Part shown: positions 10,154-20,877 of the stretch, piece by piece
Position numbering within the stretch: the first letter of the stretch is position 1
Layout: the number at the start of each line of letters is the position of its first letter
IMG/VR virus record: IMGVR_UViG_3300003465_000003
Coordinates: 35,794 to 99,793 of that record
From: a virus
Length of the DNA stretch: 64,000 nt
Reading direction: 5' to 3' (one strand)
Notes under the pieces: generated by a model
What the model was told of the DNA's origin: nothing
Databases searched by the model: none
What the model saw: the letters and a program-made list of their open reading frames with translations, nothing else
Translations under genes and position numbers: made by a program

Positions 10154-11056
10154 CTAGAATGCGCCCTCTGCAACCTGCAAACACGTCAACCCCAACTCCC
10201 GCCACATCTTGACCACACTATTCCTATCATCAAGAACAAATAGAACATTATAATCATTCCGGACATACTTATCAAACAACTCCTGCTTAACAATATAATC
10301 CTTCCTGAAATCTCCAGTAGGCCGCATCAAAAGTGGGCCACCAACTGGGCACAGATGCTTGGTCAAAAATGCTTCTGTTTGTGCTCTGAACTTATCTTCC
10401 CGTCCAGACAAATAGATGATCTTATACCTACGGTTACACATGGCAGATATAACTTCATATACTGGCAGGTTCAGGTCATCATCTGCGCACTTGGCAGCAT
10501 CATAAGGACTACGTTTTCCATCAAATAATGCCAATGTCCCATCTAGATCGCATATAATTGCCAGTGGTGTTTCCGACTTAGGAACATAATGTTCCACCTT
10601 GGGGATCGCCACATATTTCTCATACATCTCACGGATGACTTTCTCTCCTACACGCTTCCCCTCAGGACGCTTACTATCCCTTTCAATACACGTCTCTAAG
10701 GGGACATGGGTAAAGTCAACCACGCGGAATTCTGCACCATACTTCCTTGCCAAATCACTTAGGCGCTGCTTATGCTTCCCGAAGTTGCAGTCTGAGCAAA
10801 TGACGGATTCACCATGCGCCAACGCTCCCACAATAGCCTTATTACGGATTTCAATAACTTCCTTCTCCGTCTCATGTGACCACTTCCATCCTTGCTTAAC
10901 AAGCTCTGCCCTAATATCATCCTTATTAACAATAACTACCTTTTCTCCACACGCCTTAGCATTGATAACTTCCTGCTCCGCCCACGTAGTCTTACCAGAG
11001 GCCGGGATGCCTCTAGTCATCGTCAACGTCAGCTTCCTCTTCTTCCTCATAGTCAT
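10154..11056 (-). CDS. pseT: Polynucleotide 5'-kinase/3'-phosphatase (T4 PseT-like)
   Basis: RGIPASGKTTWA P-loop kinase fused to a HAD domain: DLDGTLA, SGR, K, DDR. Confidence 0.92.
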   Translation of the reverse strand: MTMRKKRKLTLTMTRGIPASGKTTWAEQEVINAKACGEKVVIVNKDDIRAELVKQGWKWSHETEKEVIEIRNKAIVGALAHGESVICSDCNFGKHKQRLSDLARKYGAEFRVVDFTHVPLETCIERDSKRPEGKRVGEKVIREMYEKYVAIPKVEHYVPKSETPLAIICDLDGTLALFDGKRSPYDAAKCADDDLNLPVYEVISAMCNRRYKIIYLSGREDKFRAQTEAFLTKHLCPVGGPLLMRPTGDFRKDYIVKQELFDKYVRNDYNVLFVLDDRNSVVKMWRELGLTCLQVAEGAF

Positions 11057-11162
11057 CTTCTTCTAACTCCCGCTTAATGCGTTCTATTGCTTCCGCCGAA
11101 TATCTCTTGCGCATCTCACTTATGAGTAAATCGATATCTGAATTGTTGCCCATAATATCCCT

Positions 11163-11604
11163 TTATAATTCTCTAAACAATGATCTGAAATTACGTATAG
11201 TAGTGGAATAATTAAAACACCCCAGATTACTTACGTAACTAACATAACCATCTTTAACATCCTTTACAATAAACCAGAAGTCTCCAAATGGGTTATGTTT
11301 ATCCATAGGGAACACCCATCTAGAACCAATCTTGGGTGGGGTAGCTAATAACCACTTTAACATAAAACTCCTTACACCGTAAGTAAATTTACTTATCGTT
11401 TAAGATTTCTTCATATTCAAATCTAAAAACTCGTATAGAGTAATAACTAACATCGCCATTTCTATCTATATAACGTACCCAACCACCTTTAACACCAGTC
11501 ACAATTACACGGTCTTTAACAAATGGGTTGCCGTAACGCAATAGCCATCTACTCTTTACTTGCGGTGGCGTCGCTAATATCCAATGCCAAATTGTCTTTA
11601 ACAT
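11163..11604 (-). CDS. Two tandem paralogous small proteins (11163-11363 and 11389-11604)
   Basis: Shared W.LATPP...SRW...NPF...V..VK.G.V.Y...SI/TIR.FR. Confidence 0.7.
11379..11396. promoter_or_regulatory. Palindromic operator-like site, copy 1
   Basis: GTAAGTAAATTTACTTAT, one mismatch to the perfect palindrome. Confidence 0.6.
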
Positions 11605-12139
11605 TTGCTCTCCTTACTCTAGCCAAAATTTCGTCCAAGTGTATTGGTCTATAATCAATAACCTCAACACTGACATTAATATATGGTATCACCCTGTCTC
11701 CAACTACAACAGGTTCGTAATCAGGATTTTGGTGAATGTGGCCATGCACGTTGCAGATTGCAGACCCAAGGGACCTAGGATGAATGGGAATATGCGAGCA
11801 TAGCACTCTCTCCTCACTGCGCCAAGTAGCATAAATCTTCTCGAAGCCTGCGTCTAAATACACCTTTACTGGCCAGTGGTCATGATTACCAAGGTATATC
11901 CGCTTATGACCATTATATCGTGCTATCTCTTTACGGAACCATTCTCTGTCCAGCTTACCGCCACGCTTTATCGTTACGTCTCCTAGAAAGGATACATGGT
12001 CTTGTGGCTTCACCAACTCATTATGGTAAGTCACTAAGGCATCATGCATCTCTGCAAGATCCTTAAATGGCCTATTACCATACTTGATGATATTGTGGTG
12101 TGCCAAATGGTGATCGCTACAGTACCATCTATCCGCCAC
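11549..12139 (-). CDS. Calcineurin-like metallophosphoesterase
   Basis: SDHHLAH, LGDV, GNHD, SH.P, HGHIH, INVSVE. Confidence 0.9.
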   Translation of the reverse strand: MADRWYCSDHHLAHHNIIKYGNRPFKDLAEMHDALVTYHNELVKPQDHVSFLGDVTIKRGGKLDREWFRKEIARYNGHKRIYLGNHDHWPVKVYLDAGFEKIYATWRSEERVLCSHIPIHPRSLGSAICNVHGHIHQNPDYEPVVVGDRVIPYINVSVEVIDYRPIHLDEILARVRRANVKDNLALDISDATASKE

Positions 12140-12755
12140 TCAATATCCCCCTCAATTTGGCTTCAGCCTCTTGCCTAGTCTTACCCAAATACAATGGGTC
12201 GAGGCATGTGCGGCATACAGTTTGCCAGTATGGACCACGATCCATATGATTCACAAATGTTACTCGATGGTCCCAAAATTTATCATGGCAAGAGCAATCT
12301 ATTATTCTTGGTTTATTCAGCCAATTTAATAACCAATTAAACATATCGTGCCTTTTAGTCCTCGTATGATCCTTGTTCTATCTTGTACATGTGATGAGTC
12401 CTTAAATTATCTGCAGCTATACAACATGTACAACCACGACCATCACAATCACACACCTGTGATAATCGTATGATGGCGTCTTCAACAGCCTCATAAAAGG
12501 TTGGAGATTCAAGCTGGCCAGTTGAATAGCGCTTCCTTGCCCGCTTCCTTATTAGTCTAGCCATATTATGCCCTCAACTCTTGCTCTAATCTAGCCACTT
12601 TTGCTAAAAGTGTGTTGATCATCGCATTCATTACTTTGTTCTCACTAACGTAGACTCTAAGGCTAGCTTCTACCTCTTTATTCCTGGCCCTCTCCTGCAT
12701 ATACAGACTCTTGTAATAATCAACTTCTCTAATGTCGGTTCCAATATTGGCCATA

Positions 12756-13385
12756 TTATGCCCTCAACGTCACATTAACCGGATGCCCAACCGGTTCATT
12801 CACTTCGTTCACATACGCTACATTATAAAACCTTGTATCGCCACTATCATATATTCCACGCGCTTCGTGTATATGCCCGCATACAAAGTTATCTGGTTTA
12901 ATTACTTTCACTTTGTAAAGTGATTCCCGTGAACCCACGTTTTGGCCACTAATAACTTTGTCAAGAATACCCATCACAGGACCATGACTAAGCAGAATAT
13001 CTAATCCTGCTGGGATAAGATCAAAGATGTCTCTCAATGCTGCCTCTGGCCGCATGAACGCCCAGGCTCCAAACGTTGGAGTCCATGGAGTGCCGTAAAT
13101 CCTTACACCCTCGATATTAACAGCCGCATCCTGCAAGTACGTCCAAGGCAAATCCAGGTGCTTCTCCTTAAGGATAAAGTCATGATTGCCTGCTATGCCT
13201 ACTATGTGCCTAGCATCAATGCTTTCCAACCACTCCTTGAATGGTCCCAGCATGAACCGCTCTTGCTGATCAAGGTTTATCTTGTCGTTATAATCCCCAC
13301 CAAGAAGCAGTAGGTCACACTTGGGGATCTCTGGCAAGTGACCATGTAAGTCACTAATTGCGAGAACATTCATCATTGGTCCCAA
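12756..13385 (-). CDS. Metallophosphoesterase (MPPED-like)
   Basis: ISDLHG, GGDY, AGNHD, YGTPWTP, SHGP, CGHIHE. Confidence 0.9.
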   Translation of the reverse strand: MGPMMNVLAISDLHGHLPEIPKCDLLLLGGDYNDKINLDQQERFMLGPFKEWLESIDARHIVGIAGNHDFILKEKHLDLPWTYLQDAAVNIEGVRIYGTPWTPTFGAWAFMRPEAALRDIFDLIPAGLDILLSHGPVMGILDKVISGQNVGSRESLYKVKVIKPDNFVCGHIHEARGIYDSGDTRFYNVAYVNEVNEPVGHPVNVTLRA

Positions 13386-13545
13386 TCCCCCATTATAGGT
13401 CTATCATATTGTATATACCGTTCCATCCGCCAATCATCTTGCTTATAAGGGATGCCTAATCGCTTGGCGATTCTCTTTGCCTGTTCGCGGGTCTTGCCTC
13501 GCTTAATCTGCCTTAGTCCCCTATTGTTATGATGCCTGCGGGTCT

Positions 13546-14391
13546 TCATGTTGTTGCACCTTCTGGAACTAGCCTACCGTTTTCTAACTTGTAACGTAGG
13601 TCCCTAGCCTTCCATTGCTGTAAATAAACATTGACCATCCAGCTTTCCACTTTTTCTGTATTAGGTTCGTCTGGAAGAGGAGAAGTTTCCAACAGATCCT
13701 TAAGTTCTTGATCAAGCTCCCCTGCTTTAGTGAGGCATTCCTGCAGTGTAGCTTTACCAGTCCTCACACCCAACAACCAACTACGTTCTGGTTCCTGCAT
13801 TGGGCAAGACACTCTGCCAGTCTTCAATAGCTCTACACCCTGGAACCCAAGCCTAAGCATATGCATGGCATACTTAGTATCAAACCCATACTTTTCTACA
13901 AGCTCTGGCCTATTTATGTCCCGCTGCCCACGTTCGCCCAATAGTCTCTGCCGTTGTGCCTGACAATAACCAAGGAAAGCACGTCCAGCCTTCTTACTGA
14001 TAATGTCTGGAGCCAGCTCCATTAGCCCAAAACCCAACGCATTAGACACCACAATTTTATCGCGCGGGGCAAACAATAGATTCAGGATTGTAGGATTACC
14101 ACCTAATGCCAGCCTGAGGTACTTCCTTAAACTATAGATAACGAGATCTAAATCCCCAGCACTGTTACGCGCATTATGTTTTTGTTCCCGTTCCGCCGCA
14201 GTCCGATACACAACCTGCTCAAACTGTGAGAGCCCAACCACATGCTGAATATCTTCTACACAGACTCCCATCTCATCACGGTCCTCCATCCCATCCTGCA
14301 CATTTAACCCGTGCAGTGTAGAACCTACGACCACTCTAAGAATTGTTGTCCGCTCCGCCATTTGTTGTAGATTTTGCATTTCCGTTCCCAA
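13546..14391 (-). CDS. RlaP-type DNA pol-beta-superfamily nucleotidyltransferase
   Basis: VVGSTLHGL...DRDEMGV, DLVIYSLRKY..L...GNPTIL..LF, GFDTKYAMHMLRL. Confidence 0.85.
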   Translation of the reverse strand: MGTEMQNLQQMAERTTILRVVVGSTLHGLNVQDGMEDRDEMGVCVEDIQHVVGLSQFEQVVYRTAAEREQKHNARNSAGDLDLVIYSLRKYLRLALGGNPTILNLLFAPRDKIVVSNALGFGLMELAPDIISKKAGRAFLGYCQAQRQRLLGERGQRDINRPELVEKYGFDTKYAMHMLRLGFQGVELLKTGRVSCPMQEPERSWLLGVRTGKATLQECLTKAGELDQELKDLLETSPLPDEPNTEKVESWMVNVYLQQWKARDLRYKLENGRLVPEGATT

Positions 14392-14546
14392 GTCTTATAT
14401 GACCATACATGTCACATTTGTAGTCCCAACCGCCACAGACTGGACATATTCCAGCTCTGCGTTCTTTACATGAATGTCCCGGATGCCACATCAAACACTT
14501 CTTCCCTTGACAAACGCAACACCTACAGAATGGTTCCGGTATACAC

Positions 14547-14891
14547 TTACCACTCCAATTTGTAGAGTCCATCGGCATCTCTCCACTCTACATGCAACTC
14601 CCATTTATCTATGAGCTTTTGGCACTCGGCACAGGGCCTAGACTTTATAATCTTTCCATTCCTGCGCCTGGCACTAGCCACGTAAATCGTAGCACCCAAT
14701 AACCGCTTCTTGTTCGCTCGCTGAATGGCGTGGGCCTCGGCATGTATACCGTAGCCGGTAGGTCCCGGCCCATTCCACCCCCACGAGAATATTCCTTCTC
14801 CATCATCTATAGCAGCACCAACCTGAACGGCACACTGTGACCTACCCAATATGTCAGCCGCCAGTTGGTATCCGTCCATTGGTTTCTTCAT
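14547..14891 (-). CDS. Zn-dependent cytidine/dCMP deaminase-like protein
   Basis: QVGAAI, GWN, HAEAHAI, SRPCAEC. Confidence 0.85.
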   Translation of the reverse strand: MKKPMDGYQLAADILGRSQCAVQVGAAIDDGEGIFSWGWNGPGPTGYGIHAEAHAIQRANKKRLLGATIYVASARRRNGKIIKSRPCAECQKLIDKWELHVEWRDADGLYKLEW

Positions 14892-15511
14892 CGTTGTTCC
14901 TTATGTTTCTTACTTGGCATTATTAATAATATCACGAATAAAACCATTAGAATCAGCAAAAACGTCATCCACTCTCCCGGCTCCGCCCCGCTCCGAGGCT
15001 TTATCACTATATTTAATAAGACGTTATAATATTATATTTTGGGCTCAGTAGTAGATCCTCTAAATCTGTTGGCCGTCTTCTTAAAGTAATTCATTGCTGA
15101 ATGCAGACCGGCAGATGCAGCCATCATCTCATGTCCAGCAAACATTGGGCACTCCTTGTTATTAGCAGCAGTTCGTATTTCAGTAATCAGCCCATTAATC
15201 CTGGCTACATAACCCTCACAAATCGCTGCGACTTCCTTGTTATTAAACATTTGATTTACTCCGCATCAAGATCCGGAATGGCATCGGCATCCAGTTCAAC
15301 TTCATTCGCTACGCGCTCACGTTCTCTTCGCCTAGCAATATCCAATTGCACAATAGCCATTGACATCTCCGCGTTAACCCCAGAAGTAATAATAGTCATT
15401 ACATTCCTAGGCGAAAACCCTCTATTAAACAAGGGTCTCAATAATCTGGCTACCTCACCAGCCATAGTTATACCGTTACCGTTATAATGTCCAGTTTCCG
15501 TAAACAGTGGT

Positions 15512-16474
15512 CTAAACATTGGACTCCCTTTCAAACTGCGCCCGCAATAAGTAATCCTTATACCACTCTGCTACCCCACGTGTAATCTGTCTACTAATAT
15601 GGGGCCACGCATACTTAAACAGTACGTTCTTAATATCTTCCTCACACTCTTTAAGCACGTCCTGCGGGATCTCTCGCACCAATAATCCAATATCCTTCGG
15701 GTGGTCCTCAATTAATCCACGTTCCCGCAGATGCATGAGCGCTTTCTGCCAACGTGCTTGAGTCCCATACGCGTCTCCAAGCTTCTGGATAACATCTTTA
15801 TTGCCTGGATTCGCATCCTTCCACGCGCTGCGATGAACCTCCTTAAACGCTTCACTTACGAACTTCCCGAACAACATCTTCTTGTCTGGTCCATAAAGTG
15901 GTGTCAGAGGCTTAATCACAACCCCTTCGATCTTCTGCCCTCCCAGTACGGACTCAGTATCCAGGAACTTCCTCAGTTCCTCGGCAGAGTTCACAGTCCC
16001 TTGATAGAGCTGAGGCACGACCTCAAGTTCTATACGCTCAGCTTCCGCTACAAGCTGGTCGTAGGGCAGATAGGTTTCCTGATCAGTCAAGATATCGAAG
16101 AGGATGACGTTATCCTTTGGCACGCGGTCATAGGCCAGTGCATTATGCTTTGGTTTCGCTAGCACTTCTCCACGGTATTGCCAGCCTGGTTTCAGCAAAT
16201 GCTGCCTAGCTTTAGCAGCAGCAACAGCAGATCTGAATAGCGCTTCAGGTGCATCTGCTATCATTACCGCACCCTTGCTGCGGACCTTAAGTTCATAGAC
16301 TCCGGGAACTTCCTTGAGCAGCCCACCCTCAGGTTCCAACAATGGGTACAGCCCAAACGCAAAGAAGCTCCCATCAACCTTCTCTTGTACCTGAACAGGG
16401 ACGGTAAACAATTCGCTAACCGCCCTGTGCCCAAGGTTGAAAATTGATTGAGGGCTGCAAAATGTAGTTGACAC
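15512..16474 (-). CDS. ATP-dependent RNA ligase, probably starting at GTG 16474
   Basis: QEKVDGS adenylation motif, RGE, LFDI, VVPQLY.G, EGVVIK, KFVSEAFKE; GGGAGG RBS 6 nt before the in-frame GTG. Confidence 0.85.
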   Translation of the reverse strand: MSTTFCSPQSIFNLGHRAVSELFTVPVQVQEKVDGSFFAFGLYPLLEPEGGLLKEVPGVYELKVRSKGAVMIADAPEALFRSAVAAAKARQHLLKPGWQYRGEVLAKPKHNALAYDRVPKDNVILFDILTDQETYLPYDQLVAEAERIELEVVPQLYQGTVNSAEELRKFLDTESVLGGQKIEGVVIKPLTPLYGPDKKMLFGKFVSEAFKEVHRSAWKDANPGNKDVIQKLGDAYGTQARWQKALMHLRERGLIEDHPKDIGLLVREIPQDVLKECEEDIKNVLFKYAWPHISRQITRGVAEWYKDYLLRAQFERESNV

Positions 16475-16497
16475 AAACCACCTCCCTGTGGTATAAT
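16468..16497 (+). promoter_or_regulatory. Sigma70 promoter of the HNH gene
   Basis: TTGACA-18 nt-TATAAT with extended -10 TG; ATG 8 nt downstream. Confidence 0.8.
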
Positions 16498-16505
16498 GGG
16501 ACATT

Positions 16506-17015
16506 ATGAAAACTAAGTACACTAAAGAACAACTGCAACCAATAATTGCAGACTCTGTATGTTGGAATGATGTATGTAGAAAGCTAAATCTCAGCCCCAA
16601 TGGTGGGAGTATAAAAAGCTTTCTTCGCCGAATAGCTGACCATTTTTCTATATCCTACACTCACTTTTTAGGCAAAAGAAAGAATAAGTTATTGCGCACT
16701 ACAGCAGTCCAAGCTCTTAGATGTAATTCAGGTTATAATCGTTCTACTATACGCAAAATAGTAGTGGAGGACGAACTGCTTCCATACAATTGTATTATAT
16801 GTGGACAACCCCCAATGTGGAATGGCAAGCCATTGACACTAATTCTAGACCACATAAATGGTAACTGTAGAGATCATGAGCTTAAAAACCTAAGGTTTGT
16901 GTGTCCAAATTGCGACACACAGTTACCAACTTATGCAGGTAAAAATTGTAAAGGTATCCCAAAGACGTTAACGACACCCAAGAAACCTAAAAGGGTAAAC
17001 AAATTCCACACGTAA
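16506..17015 (+). mobile_element. Free-standing HNH endonuclease, antisense to the operon
   Basis: CIICG...W.GKPLTLILDHINGNCRDHELKNLRFVCPNC. Confidence 0.88.
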
Positions 17016-17043
17016 TAATCTGTGGAGAATGCCATGAATTCAT
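16987..17043 (-). pseudogene. Orphaned original 5' end of the RNA ligase (MNSWHSPQ...)
   Basis: ATG with AGGA RBS just after the upstream ORF stop; its SPQ matches the SPQ preceding SIFNLGHR on the far side of the HNH. Confidence 0.6.
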
Positions 17044-18488
17044 ATTTGTTTCCTAATCTGGCAAGGCCAAAACTTCTTTTATTGTAAGCAGCTTAATATT
17101 GCTACGACGTGGTAACTGCGGAGTTGCCGCCTTGCCTGTTGTCATCTTTTCTATAACTCGTCGTAAAGACCCCTTAAGATCGTATACTTCGTAGTGTACG
17201 CCCATTAATCCGCACAATTGTTCCACTTCATGAAATGGTGGACCCTCGGAATCCTTATTCATTTTACTGCTCCAACTTTATCCGATTCGGTTTCCTGCGT
17301 TTGTCATAACCCACGTAACTAATGATATACCCTGGTGCTTCGCTCGTAGGTTCTGCATAACTCCACACCTCAGCATTAGCTGCTTCTGGATGCGCCTGCT
17401 TAATCTTACGCAGTAGTCGCAATAGTTCTTTCAATACCATTATAGTTCATCCACACTATATGTATCATAGTCCCGACCAGGGGTACTAATATTTGCAATT
17501 GCTTCGTCTAAGCGCTCCTGCCGATAATCAATATCTTCTAACTTACTTTCCAACCTTGCCAATGTTTCAATAATGAGGTTGAGCTTCTCAACCACTGTAG
17601 CTAGTTCGTCCTTCATTTAATACCCCGACTTGTAATCGACTGCCTTATTCTTCATTGCTGTTGTTATTTCTACTGCGCCTCTTACGGATAGCCTAGTTGC
17701 GTAGTAGAAGTCGTTATAACTCATAATCTTTACTGTTTCGCCGCCCTCATAATTTACCTGCCTCAACGGATAATTAGCTCCTTTAATATGCAAAGTGGAT
17801 GTGGTTGCCTTTAACCGACCGCGTACACTTCTAATCTCTACTTTGCCATCATTCAACATGATCGCAAAGTAACGCAGCTTTTTCTGAGCGGGGTTGTCAG
17901 TTTTCCGCTCAACATATTTATCCTTTACCAAGTAATGCATGGCTACTCCTACTTGCTTACTATCTGCCAGCTCACATCCACAGGGACAATAAAATCCTTC
18001 AAGAAAAGTTTAGTAGCCTGCAGCAACTTATTGGATACCTTATGCAAATGCTCTTCGCCAAAGGCACCAAAAACCCCAAACTTAACACCCTCAGGTTTGC
18101 TGATACCGACCAAACGTAGAAATGATAGGTTGGAAATAAGCTTCATTTCTGATAATCCCATGTCACTACGTACCTTACGTTGGATCTGTAGGTCAGAACC
18201 AGGATAATCCAATGAATAATCGTAGCCTCGCACTCCAAGTGATTCACCACTTACCTTGTACATATGCAGAGGTCCATTGGACAATGGGTACCACCTGCTA
18301 TCATATAGCGCTGGATCATCATTAGCTACGTCCCTACTTGCGTTGCGCATGAACTCTTCTACACTAGGGTCTGCCACAACATGCACGATACAACCCACGA
18401 CATTCCGCAACGGACCCCGAATTGGACCCCTGCTTATCGACAATGAAACCCACTTGGTTGGTGTAATCTGCGTATCCATCATATATCC

Positions 18489-19061
18489 TTACAAAATGAA
18501 GCAATCAATACGTTCATCCCCATTGCGCAGGAACGTTACCGCATATTTATACAGCCGTTTACGAGGTTCCTTATTATCTGGAACTACTGGTTGAATAGGC
18601 GCGTTGCCAACATTAGCTCTAAACTCTACCACGGCCGGTACAACTAGTTGGCGTTCAACTCGCCGTTCAACTCTAAGCCCGCCATCCGGACCTCTTACAA
18701 TAACGTCTTGCATTCCGAGCCACCGGCCAGCCATCATTTGTTGGTTGTCGGCCAGCGGAGCATTGTTGTTAAGCGGATCGGGCAATAACCGATCCGGTAC
18801 TGGTTCGTCACCTGGATAATCAATCTTATGCGATTTGCCCCACATCTTTTCTAACACTTCTAGCAAAGTGGTAGGGTCCCCGCCATTATCTTCTCTATAG
18901 TTTAACCCATTAAGTGGGAGAAACCATAGATCCAGATCTTTATTGCTCATGCCCTTATTGACTACCCCACCACCTATCGTTACATGGTAGCCAAATTTCT
19001 TGGCTACAGGTTGAATAGCCCTAAGGGTCATGATACCTTCATCTATATACCATGTCTTCAT
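18489..19061 (-). CDS. Small pol-beta-fold nucleotidyltransferase-like protein
   Basis: YHVTIGGGVVNKGMSNKDLDLWF (hGG-x-DxD) and C-terminal RIDCF. Confidence 0.6.
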   Translation of the reverse strand: MKTWYIDEGIMTLRAIQPVAKKFGYHVTIGGGVVNKGMSNKDLDLWFLPLNGLNYREDNGGDPTTLLEVLEKMWGKSHKIDYPGDEPVPDRLLPDPLNNNAPLADNQQMMAGRWLGMQDVIVRGPDGGLRVERRVERQLVVPAVVEFRANVGNAPIQPVVPDNKEPRKRLYKYAVTFLRNGDERIDCFIL

Positions 19062-19915
19062 TAGACCCTCTGTTTATAATGTTCAGGTATGTTTGCAACC
19101 CACCACTGCTCCAGCGCAGTTTGGTCTGGACTCCATACCCATATCTGTGCCGTGGTCCTTGGATGTTGCTTCATATTGAACTTCGGCCCTAATGTTACCA
19201 GTTCTCCTAACTTGTTGTCAAGTATAAATTGTGCAAATTCTGTCCCATATTTCAACCAGTGCGCTTTGCTGTGGTGGCTTCCATTTGGGTGGTCATGCGG
19301 TACCTCTGGCCCACATGAAAATACGTAGAAATTAGCTAGCTTACCCATCTTGCCCACTTCCAGATTAGGCCGGAACTTATTGATAGTTCCCAGTTGTAGG
19401 CAGCAAAACGTGACCATAGCAGCATTGGCATTAGTGTGATTTAGGGCTAGGTCCTTAATTCCCATAATAGCACAAGACCCAGCCACATAGTCCTGGATTT
19501 CCATTTATGTCCTCTATTTATTCTTTTTGTACCACTCAATTAACCCCTTCGGACTTGGTGCCCAAATATAGATCCGCACCGTATGATCAGGGTGATTAAC
19601 TCGATTCTTGCGTTTAACGCTTCGGGTTACAATCCCAAGGTTATTTTCGTTAATGTAGTCCGCAAGTTCCTGAGCATAACCAGTGTCCACGATATCATCA
19701 TCGCCATCTTTGTCACAATGCTCAACACCAGAAAATATGATGAATGCAGGAACTGACTCCGGTCTGATCTCTTGTCTACATCCCCATATTGATTTGGTTG
19801 GAGGACCCCAAAATTCCTCACATAACTGCTTCACAGTTTTGTGCGGTCTACCGGCGTTATCACGAAGATCTGAAATTTCTTCCATTGCGCAGCACGAGGT
19901 ATTAACTAGACGCAT
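19061..19915 (-). CDS. Two tandem paralogs (19061-19504 and 19514-19915) of an unknown family, related to 28108-28572
   Basis: Shared N-terminal SCA/CCA, F..FS, Y...FA/LA..I..N.LG, HP...W.P....L..W. Confidence 0.7.
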
Positions 19916-19992
19916 GATGAACCTTTAACATTATTCCTATAACGATTATGAAAACTAACAGATCGAATGCTAGATCGTAACCTGACACGGGG

Positions 19993-20877
19993 CTATTCGC
20001 CGCCCCGTGTCCACTTGATAATCGCGTCAGCATATGCGACAGATGTGTTATTTTCTACGCCCGGAGCGCGATTCACTTCCAACACAATGAACGAACCGTC
20101 TGTAAGCTTGCCCATGTCAACGGCACCGAAGTCCAACCCCAGCGCTTTAACTGCCTTAGCCGCAAGTTCACGCATAGGCGCGGTTGAACGGAACCCCTCA
20201 TAGGCGATGACCCAACCCGCGTCAAAGGACCGAATCCAAGGATGTGAAGGCTGCCCATTAGGAGCCTGCTGGCGCTGTCGTTTGATCCCTGCACGGATGG
20301 ACTTCCCATTGAACATGTGCAACCGATATTCCTCTACAATGTTCTCCTTCTTGGAGTAATAGTCGGGTGCGACAGGTGCGCGGAGCAAGTCGGAACCCCC
20401 GACGTGGTTGTTCCTGCGCGGAAGCCATTCGTCAACTACTGCAGGCTGCCGCTGCCACTCGGCGTAACGGCGGTTTTCCAGATCTGCAAACTCAATCAAG
20501 CGCTGTGCTTCGTCCCGCGCAGTGTTGCGAGTAATTGCCCGCAAGTCTATAACCCGCTCCTCAAATGGCGCTCTGGCCCTGGCGGCAGGCCGCGTCCGGC
20601 TAACCTGCACGGTAGTAACTCCAGCCCGCGCCAGTATCTGGGCTTCCTCAAACTTACTCACAGGTGCAACATTGTTAAGGACCTTAACTCCATTTGGCAC
20701 CTGCGCCGGATACCGCTCACCCCAACAGATAACGAAGTCTCCAGCCGCAATGCGCTCCTGCATCAAACGTCCCTGACTCTTGCGAGCACGCACACCCTTC
20801 AAGAGAATGTCCTCCGCCAACAGATTCGCTCCCTCACTAGCTGCTCGACGATAAACCCAAATCATCGCACCCTCCAA
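19993..20877 (-). CDS. ATP-grasp ligase (RimK-like)
   Basis: EYRLHMF, A.KAVKALGLDFGAVD, VLEVNRAPG. Confidence 0.85.
   Translation of the reverse strand: MEGAMIWVYRRAASEGANLLAEDILLKGVRARKSQGRLMQERIAAGDFVICWGERYPAQVPNGVKVLNNVAPVSKFEEAQILARAGVTTVQVSRTRPAARARAPFEERVIDLRAITRNTARDEAQRLIEFADLENRRYAEWQRQPAVVDEWLPRRNNHVGGSDLLRAPVAPDYYSKKENIVEEYRLHMFNGKSIRAGIKRQRQQAPNGQPSHPWIRSFDAGWVIAYEGFRSTAPMRELAAKAVKALGLDFGAVDMGKLTDGSFIVLEVNRAPGVENNTSVAYADAIIKWTRGGE

Noticed and set aside
15512-16600. ORF-track start of the ligase at 16600
   Set aside because: The extension overlaps the HNH gene on the other strand; the SD-led GTG at 16474 is more credible
16450-17025. Group I or II intron in the RNA ligase gene
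   Set aside because: The insert is almost entirely antisense ORF plus promoter, leaving no room for a ribozyme core, and the U/G splice junctions I tried do not restore the frame
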